Notes: a model not told the origin generated them from the letters alone. 64,000 nt of DNA from a bacterium (GCA_046331705.1 JAXLQJ010000008.1:135836-199835), one strand, 5' to 3'. Positions 10,697 to 21,123 are shown, counted from the stretch's first letter. A program made the numbers and translations.

Positions 10697-12065
10697 ATGA
10701 AGCGCACGCTCGCACTCGCCTTCGCCGTCGCGATTCTCGCGACCACGGGGCGGCGCCCGCCGCCGCCTTCTGCGGTTTCTTCGTCGCCAAGGCCGACACC
10801 AAGCTCTTCAACAAGGCGAGCCAGGTGGTGCTGGTGCGCGACGGCGATCGCACGGTGATCACCATGAGCAACGACTTCAGGGCGACCCGAAGGAGTTCGC
10901 GACAGGTGCCCGTGCCCACCTTCATCCAGCGCGAGCAAATCCACGTCGGCGATCGGGCGGTGCTCGAGCACCTCGACGCCTATACCGCGCCGCGCCTCGT
11001 CGAGTACCAGGACCCTGACCCGTGCCAGATGACGGCTTACGATCGAATGGAGATGAAGGCCGGCCAAGTCCCTCATGCCGCGAGCGTCGCGGGCATGGCA
11101 CGCGCCCAGAGCCTGGCGTGAAGATCGAGGCGCAATACACCGTCGGCGAGTACGACATCCTCATCCTTCCGCACAGCAATCCGACGGCCTCGAGCGCTGG
11201 CTGCGCGAGAGCGGCCACCGAATCCCGACCGGAAGGAACGCGATCCTCGGCAGCTACCTGAAGCAGAACATGCGCTTCTTCGTGGCCAAGGTGAATCTGA
11301 GCGAGCAGGCGAAGCTCGGGTTCCACTATCTGCGGCCACCGCGGGTGGCGTACGAGAGTCCCAAGTTCATGCCAAGCCGATCCGCCTCGGCACCGTGAAC
11401 GCCGATGGTCCCCAGGAGCCTTCGTCTATGCCCTCACCCGCCAGGGTCGCGTCGAATCCACCAACTACCGCAGACCGTGCGGCCGACCGGCGCGACGATC
11501 CCCGAGTACGTGAGGGGCGAGTTCGGCGACTTCTACCGAGCGATGTTCGCCAAGCGCTGGGACGCGGACATGCGCGCGGTCTTCCTCGAATACGCGTGGG
11601 ACATGAGCTGGTGCGACCCCTGCGCCGCCGACCCGCTCGTCCGCCGAGCTGCGCGAGCTCGGCGTGTTCCGGCTCGGCGAGCCCACGCCCATGGATTCGC
11701 GAGCGCCGGCGTTCCGGCCGATGCCGGTCCTCCCCGTCCCCGGCGGCGCTGTCGACACCTTCGTCACGCGCTCCACGTGCGCTACGACGCCGCGCACTTC
11801 CCGAGGACCTCGTGTTCCAGACCACCGGCGATCGACAGAGCTTCCAGGGACGCTACGTGCTGCAGCATCCATTCGCGGGTGCGATGGAATGCGACGCCGG
11901 GCGGCGCTATCGCGAATCGCTGACGCCGCGCCGCGCAGGAAGCCCGCATGCTCGCGAACCTCACGGGCTGGGAGCTCGCGAGCATCCGCACCAAGATGCA
12001 GCTCGACGGCGGCGACGCGAAGCCCGCCGATCGCCCCTGGTACGAGACCATCTGGCGCCGACTGA
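10697..12065 (+). CDS. DUF2330 family secreted protein; frameshifted
   Basis: Signal peptide MKRTLALAFAVAILATTG. Conserved blocks FCGFFVAKADTKLFNKASQVVLVRDGDRTVITMSNDF, GEYDILIL, MRFFVAKVNLSEQAKLGFHYLRPPRVAYESPKFM, IPEYVRGEFGDFYRAMFAKRWD, WDMSWCDPCAADPL. Confidence 0.5.
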
Positions 12066-12099
12066 GGCCACGGCCGGCGCGCAGCTGCGACAACGAACG

Positions 12100-12478
12100 C
12101 AGCGCGCGCCGTCACTGGCGAAGCGCTCGCGGGCCTTGGTCAGGAACGCGTCGATGATGGTGGTGGTCAGCTCGTCCATCGACACGAAGCGCAGCGCCAT
12201 CCCGATCGGCAGCCGCCAGTCGTAGTGCAGGGCTGTTCACCAGCACCACTTCGCACGAGACAGGCAGGAATCGGCCTCGCCTCCGGCAAGTCGATCTCGA
12301 ACTTGGTCACGACGCCCGGGTTGAGGAAATACCGCGTGGTCACGAAGAAACCGCCTTCGTTGATGACCGTGAGCAGCCCCACCACGCGCTTCCCGCCGAC
12401 CTCGAACTGCACGACCTCGTTGACCCGAACGCGCTGCGACTGTCGGCGCTCGCTGGGGTCGGGATCGTCGACGTCCAT
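12100..12478 (-). CDS. PilZ domain protein (c-di-GMP receptor-like); 3' boundary uncertain
   Basis: Reads MDVDDPDPSERRQSQRVRVNEVVQFEVGGKRVVGLLTVINEGGFFVTTRYFLNPGVVTKFEIDLPEARP. The RxxxR...D/NxSxGG signature of PilZ is present. Confidence 0.5.
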
Positions 12479-12582
12479 GATCGCGTCCAGCCGGACCACG
12501 GCGACGGAACGGTGCCGCGCATGCCGGCTCCACTCCCGGTAACACGACCCGCGGCGTAACTGCAATCAGGAGCGTGAAATCA

Positions 12583-13210
12583 CGATCCGCCGAGCGGCGC
12601 CGAACGGCGGCTCAGAACGGAGCAGCCGCCCGAGATCGAAGCGCTGCCACGCGAAGCGGGCCAGGAAGGCGACGGAATCGGCCAGTAGAGGAGCTGGACG
12701 GCGGTGACGAGCATGCGCGTGCGCACCGTGCGCCAGCCCAGATAGTCGAGCCAATCGCGCGGCAGGAACAAGATCCAGCGCAGCCACGTGCGCGGGTCGA
12801 TGGCCTCGCGCTCGAGGCGCCGGTGGTAGCGGATGGCCTCGAGGAGCACCAGGTACTGCGCCGGATCAGCGTGCGCGGCGCCAGGAAGTTCTCGAGCACG
12901 CCGATGTCGCCATCAGCGAAGAACGGATAGCGATCCGTGCTGTCGAAGTACGAGAGCCGCGCCGGATCGACGGCGCCGCACGAATCGTGCGCGCCACCAC
13001 CGCCGCGTCCTGCTCGAGCAGCTCCGAGAGCCCAGGGGGTCGTGGCCTGCTGGTGGCGGCGGGTGTAGGCCTCGAAGAGCGCCTTGGCGCGCTCGAGGCG
13101 CCGCCGTCGCGTCAGCGCTGCCACGAATCGATACGCGACGGTCGCGACGGCGCAGGCCCCCAGCAGATACGCGTTCACCCGGTTCTCCGTCGGCGGATTC
13201 TCGGCGCGTC
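12583..13210 (-). CDS. Hypothetical membrane-anchored protein; frameshifted, family not recognised
   Basis: N-terminal TM VNAYLLGACAVATVAYRFVAAL. Followed by protein-like segments YFDSTDRYPFFADGDIGVLENFLAPRTL and AQYLVLLEAIRYHRRLEREAIDPRTWLRWILFLPRDWLDYLGWRTV in two frames. Confidence 0.3.
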
Positions 13211-13289
13211 TCGCGGAGCGCGTCGCCGTCGTCGCCACCCTGCTATCATGCCGCGCGCCGCGTGACGAGTCCCCGTCGGCGCGCGCTCG

Positions 13290-14773
13290 AGCGATGCCGA
13301 TCCCGATCCTTCCTCCGCGTCGACGAGCAGCTCGAGCGGCTCGCCAAGCACGCTCCCAACTCCTGTTCGGCATTCCCGTCGAGCGCACCGTCCTGATCGC
13401 CGCCGGCGCCGCGATCGCGGTGCTCGCGGCGTTCGCCGTGCTGCTCTTTCAAGTCGCGCGGCGCCAGGCGCGCCATCGAGAAGATCGACAGCGCCGTCAA
13501 CCGCGACATGCCGTCCGGCCTCGACACCATCACCCTCGGCCGCAAGCACATGTCGATCTCGCAGCTGCCGCTGGTGAGCGAGCGCATCCGCGCGGTCACC
13601 ACGGCCCGCAGCGTCGACATCGTGAAGCTCGTCGACTACACGCTGCAGAACGTGGGTGGCGCTCCTCCGCGAGCGACATCCACTTCGACCCCAAGGACCG
13701 CTACATCGCGTTGCAGTACCGGATCGACGGCGTGCTCTACGACGTCGCCCAATTCTCACCGAAGCTCTACACCAACGTTTCCTCGCGCGTGAAGTGCTGG
13801 CTCAAGACCTTCGTGAAGCTCCGCCCCAGGACGGCCGCATCCACACGGTGCGCGACGGCGGCGAGGAAGTGGACCTGCGCGTGTCGGTGATGCCCACGCT
13901 GCACGGCGAGAAGATCGTGCTGCGCATCATGCAGCGCGAGTGGCGCCCTACAGCCTCACCGAGCTCGGCTTCGGACTCGCACGTGCTCGAGGACTACACC
14001 CGCCTCATCTCGATGCCGCAGGGAATCGCGTTCCTGACCGGCCCCACCGGCCCTGGCAAGACCACCACGATCTACTCGACGCTCAAGGCCGAAGGAAAAC
14101 CGCGGCGAGCTGGTGAAGATCGTCACGATCGAGGATCCAATCGAGTTCGACCTCGATTTCCTCACGCAGACGGGCGTAAACGAGGCCAACGACTTCACGT
14201 TCGCCCGCGGCTTGCGGTCGATCCTGCGCCAGGACCCCGACGTGATCATGGTGGGCGATCCGCGACCTGGACACGGCGCAGATCGCCATCCAGGCGGGGC
14301 TCACCGGCCACCTGCTCTCTTCACCTCGGTACACGCGAACTCGGCGTCCGGCGTCTTCTCGCGGCTCATCAATCTGGGCGTCGAGCCGTTCCTGCTCGCA
14401 TCGGCCACGGTGGGCGTGCTCGCAGTGGTTGGTGCGGCGCCTCTGCCCGAACTGCACCAACGAGGTGAAGCCCACCGACGTCGAGATCAGGAACTCCGAG
14501 CGAACTGCCTCACGCCGCCGAGCGGCCCCTGGTATGCCGGCACGGGCTGCGAGCACCGCCTGGGCAAGGGCTACGTCGGGCGCATCGGCCTCTTCGAGCT
14601 GGTGTCGATCACCGAGCGCTATCCGCGAGGCGCTGGTCGCCAAGGCGACCACCACCAGCATCGAGGCGATCGCCCGCGAGCAGGGCATGCAGACGCTGCC
14701 CCAGGACGGCATCTCGAAGTGCCAGCGCGGGATCACCTCGCTCACCGAGGTGCTGCGCGTCGCGCTGGTGTGA
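13290..14773 (+). CDS. Type II secretion/type IV pilus assembly ATPase of the GspE/PilB family, possibly with N-terminal TM helix; frameshifted
   Basis: Motifs DIHFDPKDRYIALQYRIDGVLYDV, PPQDGRIHTVRDGGEEVDLRVSVMPTLHGEKIVLRIMQR, Walker A GIAFLTGPTGPGKTTTIYS, VTIEDPIEFDLDFLTQTGVN, LRSILRQDPDVIMVGE, LTGHLLFSSVHANSA, and a tetracysteine-like LCPNCTNE...GTGCEHRLGKGY. The N-terminus has a hydrophobic stretch, VLIAAGAAIAVLAAFAVLLF. Confidence 0.6.
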
Positions 14774-14789
14774 ATCGACTCCGCGCGGG

Positions 14790-15870
14790 CGGCGGCCCGC
14801 GGGATCACGCGACCGTCGCGCCGGCGAGAGCCTGGATGCGCGCGACCGCGGTCGCGCCGCGCCGGCAATTTGGGTGGCGCGATCGGGGTCGACGAGCGCG
14901 GCGTCGAGCGTGAAGCGCGCGGCGAGCTCGCGGATTCGCGCCGCGCTCGCGTCGACGCGGACTGAGCGATCGCGCGCCTGCAGCGATGATCGCCTGCCGC
15001 AGGCCGTCGATCACCTCGCTCCTGCACCTCGCGGCAGGCTTGCACGCGAGCAACACGTCCGCACCCGCCTGGACGCTCGCGACGGCAAGCTGCTCCGGCG
15101 TGGCGTGATCGCTCACGGCGCGCATCTCGAGATCGTCCGCGACCACCACGCCCTCGAAGCCGATGTCACGCCGGCAGCAAGCCTTCCAGATCGCCGGCGA
15201 AAGCGTGGCGGTGCGGCGGGGATCGAGCGCGGCATCGAACGTGCGCCGTCATCATCGACGCAACACCGGCCTGCGCCGCGGCGCGAAACGGCACCAACTC
15301 ACGGGCGTCGAGGACCTCGCGCTGCATCGACGGCGGGTAGCTGGAGGTGGCCGTCGAGGCTGGTATCGCCGTGGCCGGGGAAATGCTTTCCGCACGCCGC
15401 CACGCCCGCGCCTTGCAGCGCCTCGATGAACACGGCGCCCAGCCGAGCCACCACCGCAGGATCCGATGAAAGCGCACGCGCACCGATGATCGGGTTGGCC
15501 AGATTGGAGTGGACGTCGAGGACCGGTGCGAAGTCCCAGTTCACCTGATGCTGGAGCTGAGTGGCCATCGCTCGCGCCAGCTCGCGCACCAGCGCTTCCG
15601 AATCGATCCGCCCCACGAGATCCATCGAGGGAAACGTGGTGAAGTCCGCCGAGAGCCGCCGCACCTTGCCGCCCTCTTCGTCGATCCCCACGAGCAGGCG
15701 CGGCGCCGCCTCCCGCAACGAGCGGACGAGACGCGCCACCTGCGCGGCGTCGCGGACGTTGCGACGAAAGAGGATCACACCGGCGATCGACTCGCGGTCC
15801 AAGAAGTCGAGCAGCGCGGCATCCGCCTCGATCCCCCTCGAACCTGATCACCAAGAGCTCGCCGGCTGCG
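14790..15870 (-). CDS. nagZ: Beta-N-acetylhexosaminidase (glycoside hydrolase family 3, NagZ-like); frameshifted
   Basis: Reads GVILFRRNV...LLVGIDEEGGKVRRL...VNWDFAPVLDV...IGARALSSDP...GVAACGKHFPGHGDTSLDGHLQLP. The KHFPGHG catalytic region is present. The C-terminal part lies in another frame. Confidence 0.6.
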
Positions 15871-16059
15871 CGGGGCGGTTCCCATCCGTGGTCGCGCTGG
15901 TCATCGCGCGCCGAACGTAGCGCCACCGCCGCTGGCCGTCGAGGCCGACCTCGCCGGATTCTTGGCGCGCGTCGCGGCGGCGTGCTAGCAAATCGCCCGC
16001 CGTGAAGCCGGCGAGCGAGCGCGCGGCAGCCGCGCGAGCGACGGCAACCGAGATCCTCG

Positions 16060-16718
16060 ATGAGCGCCAAGAAGCACAACTGGTTCGAGAAGCGGGTCAT
16101 GCCCGGGCAGCTCGATTACTCGGGGAAGATCCTCGCGAGCTTCATGACAGGGTGCGCGGGCGGGTGCTCGATCGGCTGCGGCGTGGGCGCGATGATGGAG
16201 TGCATGCGTACCCAGACTCCGGCCACGCCGGTGGGTGTCGACATCGCGCACAACAACCTGTGGTCGAGCCCGTTCGTGCGCTTCGACGGCGAGCGGTTGC
16301 CCTTCCAGGACGGCTCGTTCGATCTGGTGACCGAGATCTCGTCCTCCATCACAGCCCCATCCTCGAGAAGAACTTCGCCGAGATGGTGCGGGTGGCGAAG
16401 AACGAGCTGGTGCTGGTCGAGGACGTCTGGACAACAAGCAGAATCGCTGGTGGCTGGTGCGCAATCACGTGCTCTTCGACGCCTTCATGGTGCTGCTCAC
16501 GTGGCTCGGGCTCGCCGAGTGGAAGACCAACTTCAAGTACTACTTCCGCGACCGCGACCAATGGCTCGAGCTCTTCCGCCGCCACGGCTTGCGCGTGCTC
16601 GAGGATCGCGAGCTCCATCTTCGGCCCCGGCGACATCGTCCTCCACCGGGTCTTCGTGGTGGCGAAGTCGCCGCCCGCAGCGGTACGAGCGCATCGCGCG
16701 CACCGAGCGGACCCGTGA
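16060..16718 (+). CDS. Class I SAM-dependent methyltransferase; frameshifted
   Basis: Motif I is in LDYSGKILASFMTGCAGGCSIGCGVGAMMEC. Post-II motif reads LPFQDGSFDLVTEIS. C-terminus reads NFAEMVRVAKNELVLVED...WLELFRRHGLRVLEDRELH. The TGA stop at 16716-16718 overlaps a GTG at 16715 of the next gene. Confidence 0.5.
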
Positions 16719-17890
16719 CGGCGCTGGTCTGCACCACGCTCTTCCTGGTGATGCTCTTCCACCGGGCCCTCGCGACGTGGCTGGAAGTGCATCGCGACCT
16801 GCCCAAGCTCGGGCCGCGTACGCGCCGCGATCTTCCGGTGAGTCCACCGCTGGTCAGCGTCGTCATCCCGGCGCGCGACGAGGAGAAGACCATCGAGACC
16901 TGCGTCTCGGGCGTGCTGGCGCAGGATTGGCCGAATCTCGAGGTCATCGTGGTGGACGATCGCTCGAGCGACCGCACTCCCGGGATCCTGGCGCGCCTCG
17001 CCGCTCGGGATCCCCGGTCAAGGTGATCCGCGGCGCCGAATGCCCCTCGACCTGGATGGGGAAGAACTACGCGCTCCATCAAGGGTTCGAGCGCACCCAC
17101 GGCGAGTGGATCTTGTTCCTCGACGCCGACACGCAGGTCGCGCCGCAGGTCGTGACGCAGACCGTGCTCGAAGCTCGCGCCCACGACACCGGCCTGCTCA
17201 CGCTGATCCCGGGAAACGTGTTCCGCTGCTTCTGGGACCGCGTCGTGAACACGCTCATCTTTCAGCTCGCGGCGTTCCAGTAATTCGACAAGATCCACGA
17301 CCCCAAGCACCCGCGCGCCAACGCCAACGGCCCGTACATGCCGTTTCGGCGCGATTGCTACGACGCCATCGGCGGCCACGCCGCCATCCCGTACGAGGTG
17401 GTCGAGGACCTGGTGCTGGCGCGCAACGTGAAGGCGAAGGGCTTCGCGATCCGTTGGGCGCTCGCGCCCGAGCTCGGCGAAGCTCGAGCTCTACGAGAGC
17501 TTGCGCGACCTGGAAGCGCGGCTGGGGCATCCCGCAGCGCGATGGAGATCGATCGACGCGAGCTGTGGCTCAACCTGCTGGGACCGATCTTCCTGCTGGC
17601 CTTCGTGCTCGCCCTTCCCCGCGTTGCTCGCGAGCGGGTATGCGCTGCTCGGCGAGGTCTCGCCTTCGCATCGCCCGCGTTCACGTGCTCGCTCGCCGCG
17701 TGCCTCGCCGCGGCCACGAGTCAGCGCTTGTGGGCATGATCCTGAAGCTCGACCACATCCACCCATGGCTCTTCTGGCTGGGCGCCGCCGTCCTCGCCGA
17801 GCTGCAGTGGGAATCGGTGGTGCGCTTCTTCCTCAAGAAAGAGATGTACTGGAAGGGCCGCCCCTACCACGAGTCGCGAGCTCCTGGGCG
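16715..17890 (+). CDS. GT2 glycosyltransferase, ceramide-glucosyltransferase/HpnI-like (GT21), N-terminal TM; interrupted by in-frame TAA at 17281-17283 plus frameshifts (possible pseudogene)
   Basis: TM VTALVCTTLFLVMLF. Core PLVSVVIPARDEEKTIETC...EVIVVDDRSSDRT...WMGKNYALHQGF...ILFLDADT. After the TAA the same frame continues with FDKIHDPKHPRANANGPYMPFRRDCYDAIGGHAAIPYEVVEDLVLARNVKAKGFAIRWALAPELG. The LYESLRDLW motif and C-terminal TM helices lie in further frames. Confidence 0.5.
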
Positions 17891-17999
17891 ACCATCGGAC
17901 GCGGCCGGCCCAGTGCGAGCCGCGGAGCGAGCACGCGTGCCCGTCGTACGTCACCGACCTGCGGCACCTGCTCGACGAGCACGGCTTCGATCGCACGCG

Positions 18000-19275
18000 T
18001 CACGCGGGCGAGCGCGAGCCTGGCGCGATTCCTGGGGGCGCTCGTGGCGTGGGTGACCTCGCCGCACGCCGACGACGCGCTTCAGACCAACGTCGTGCGG
18101 CTGGCGCACGGGTGCGGGCCGTTGCGACGAGCCCACGTCGCCGCGCTCGATCCGGACACGGTTGCGATTCGCTGGGAGCGCGCACGGTGCGGCACGAGCG
18201 GTTCGATTCACGGCTGGGAAGGCACGGTGTGGGACCGGTGCACCGAATCCGAGCAAGCGGCGGCGCGCGAGTCGTGGAACGGCTCTGAACGGGACCCGGC
18301 GCGGCTGCACGCCAGCGGCGAGTCGAGGCCGCCGCGACGCTGGCGCGCTTCGCCCTGCCCGGCCTTCGCCTCGCCGCGAGCGCATGCGTCGACGCCTCGA
18401 TTCCGATTGGCGCGTCCAAGCTCGGCGGCGCACCTGATCTGCCGAGCGATGTGACCTGGCCCGAGCGTGACGGACGGCCCCTCGCATTCGTCGCTCAGCT
18501 CGATCTCGCGCAGCTCGGGCGAGTCCGGCGGCGACGGTCTTCGCTGCGCGACGGCGTGCTCTGGATCTTCTGCGACGCCGACGACGTGCCGATGGGTTAC
18601 GAGCGCAGCGCGCGCCATGGCATCGCGGTCGTGTATCGCCTCGACGCCCACGGCGTGGTGATGCGCCGTTCACACCCAAACGCGCCCTGCTTCAGCGCGC
18701 GGCTCGACTCGAGGCGTGCCGCGTGGTCACATTCCCGAGCCCCATTCACCACGAATCTCCAAGCATCACGGAGCCCCGCGCCTGGCGCGGCGAGGAGCCT
18801 GAATCCGTCTACCGGCGCGCCCGTGACCTTCCGGAGCGCGAGCCATGGCCGGGCTATCGCACCGAAGCGGATCCCATCCCGCCGCCGCATCGCGAGGAAA
18901 TTTCGAGAGGTTCGTAGCCGAGCACACCGACGCCGATCGGCCCCGGCACCAGCTCTTCGGCCACCCGCGCTCGATGCAAGGCACCGGCTTCGAGGCGACG
19001 CTCGCCGTGGCGGGCGTCGCGTTCGGGTTGCAGGGCGATCCGAGGACGCTGCGGGGTTCGAGACGCTGCGACCCGCGGCGATCGCTGGCGGCCTGCTGGC
19101 GCAGATCGCCCAGCCCGAGCGGGATCGACGGGCCAGCGATCGCCTCGGCTCGAACCCGACCGACGCGAGCTCGTGTGGGCCGACAGCGGCGTCCTCTACG
19201 TCTTCGTCCGCGACGAGGATCTCGCGCGCGGCGCTTCCACCGTGCTCCGGGCAGCGGTCGACTGCTGCTGACGCG
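18000..19275 (+). CDS. DUF1963 (YwqG-like) domain protein; frameshifted
   Basis: Fragments read IGASKLGGAPDLPSDVTWPERDGRPLAFVAQLDLAQL...DGVLWIFCDADD, HQLFGHPRSMQG, and ELVWADSGVLYVFVRDEDLARG. These match conserved DUF1963 blocks. Confidence 0.5.
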
Positions 19276-19336
19276 GGTCGCGATAGGGGCCGTGCGCTCG
19301 TTGCGCGGCTGGCTCGTCGCGCGCCGCTGCTCGTCC

Positions 19337-19844
19337 TCAGCGCCGCCCGAGATCCCAGTTGCCGAGATCGGCACCATCCCCCTCGCCGCCGGGCTGGTGG
19401 TCCGAACCGGAAGCTCCACACGTCGATCTTCTCCAGGAACGCCGGGCGAGAGGTACTGGTACTCGCCGCCCCACGGGATCCTCTGGGAATGAAGTCGCGC
19501 TCCCAGTAGCCGCCGGCTCGATAGTGCGCGAGGCCGGCGCCGTGCCCGGCGCGACGACCAGCGCCAGCAGCCTGCTCGCTCGTGGGGTAGCGGCCGTTGT
19601 CGAGGTTGTAGCTGCGCAGCGCCGCCTCCAGGTTGCTGATCTGGGCCTGCACGCCGTGATGCGCGCCTCGCGGATGTGGCGCACCGTGGGAACGGCGATC
19701 ATCGTCGTGAACATCGCCAGCGATCGCGATCGCCACCAGCACTTCGATGAGCGTGAAGCCGGAGCCGGCCGGCACGCGCAGGCGAACGAGCGAGGAGCCG
19801 AAGGGAAGGAGGTTCGAGCTGACCGGGTGCGCAGGGCGTCTCAT
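19337..19844 (-). CDS. Type II secretion pseudopilin / type IV pilin-like protein (GspG-like); frameshifted
   Basis: Prepilin-type N-terminus GFTLIEVLVAIAIAG. Reads AQISNLEAALRSYNLDNGRYPTSEQ...DPVGRR...GSD..GGEGDGADLGNWDL, typical of GspG. Confidence 0.5.
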
Positions 19845-19897
19845 GGATCTTCTTTCCGAGCGGCATGGCGCCGCTCACGACGAGACGCGAATCAAGC

Positions 19898-19910
19898 TAT
19901 CAAGTTGATA
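19898..19910. promoter_or_regulatory. Perfect 13-bp palindrome TATCAAGTTGATA inside an AT-rich divergent intergenic island
   Basis: Seen directly in the ~200-bp AT-rich region (19850-20040) between the pseudopilin gene (-) and the GT2 gene (+). Flanked by further ATCAA/TTGATA-like half-sites (atcaagctatcaag, ttatcaattatttcaattg). Confidence 0.35.
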
Positions 19911-20041
19911 TGAGAGTCAACCGATTTACTTGTTATCAATTATTTCAATTGTCGTCGTCGTGATCCGCCGAGGTGCGTCTGCTTGACGCAGCTCGGCACC
20001 GTGGCCTCGCTTGGCTCGAGCGGATAAATAGGCTGCCCGCA

Positions 20042-21123
20042 ATGTTCCATCCCACCTTCTGGCTCGCGGCCCATGGCGTCTCGCTCGTGGCTACCTGCGG
20101 CCGCGCGCTGCTGGATTCTCGATCGCGGCTATCTTCAGCCTCGAGCCCCACGGCCCGCTTCCGCTCCCGACCCCGCGCCGCTGGTGAGCGTGGTGGTGCC
20201 GGCGCGCAACGAGGCGGCGACGATGGCGGCCTGCCTCGAGCGCCTCACCGCCGCCGAGTACGCGGCGCTCGAGATCGTGGTGCTCGACGATCAGTCGACG
20301 GATCGCACCGGTGAGATCGCCCGCACCATCGCCGCCCGCGATCCGCGGGTGCGGGTCATCACCGAGCGAGCGTCCCGAGGGCTGGACCGGCAAGAACTGG
20401 GCGATCCACCAGGGCGCCGCTGCTGCCCGCGGCGCTCATTCTGCTGATCGTCGACGCCGACACCGAGCTCGCCGCGCGCCATCCTCGAAGCGGTGGCGTG
20501 GCGGAAGCCCACGGCACCGACCTGCTCACCGTGTTCCCGCGCGTGCGCCTCACGATTTCCTGGGAGCGGGCGTTTCTACCCACGCTCGGGCTCTTCCCGT
20601 CGTATCGACTGGACCGATCAACGACCCCGCATCCCCGGATGCCAACGCGGTCATTTCTGCTCTTCCGGCGCACGGCGTTCGACGCGATGGGCGGCTACGA
20701 ATACCTGATCTGGTCGCGGGTCGGCGAGGATTGGATCATCGCCAAGCGCGTGAAGGCCTGGGCCTCAAGCTCCACATGCTGCTCGCGCCCGAGCTCGTGA
20801 CCAAGGGCTTCGGCCCCACGCTCGGCGATCTGCGCCAAGGCTTCGTCAAGAACTTCATGCTGCTCGACGGGCGCCGCCGTCTCGCGGTCGCGATGCTCCC
20901 GGTGATCGCGATGCTGGCGCTCTTCCTGTGGATGCCGTTTCTGTCGTGGATCCAGGCGATGTCGTGGTGGGGCCGCTACCACGACCAATGGCGGCTCGCC
21001 GCCGCGCTGGCGGGCCTCGGCGCCGCGCAGCTCATGGCGCTTCAATGCGTGCGCCGCGCGATGAGCCTCACCGCGGGGATCGACGAGCGCGGGCTTAGGC
21101 CTAGCCGCTCGGCGCGGCGCTGA
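20042..21123 (+). CDS. GT2 glycosyltransferase, GT21/HpnI-like, paralogue of the 16715-17890 gene; frameshifted
   Basis: N-terminal TM MFHPTFWLAAHGVSLVA. Core PLVSVVVPARNEAATMAACLERL...EIVVLDDQSTDRTGEIA...GWTGKNWAIHQG...DADTEL...FRRTAFDAMGGYEY...GEDWIIAKRVKAWGLKLHMLLAPELV. C-terminal TM region reads LPVIAMLALFLWMPFLSWI. Confidence 0.5.
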
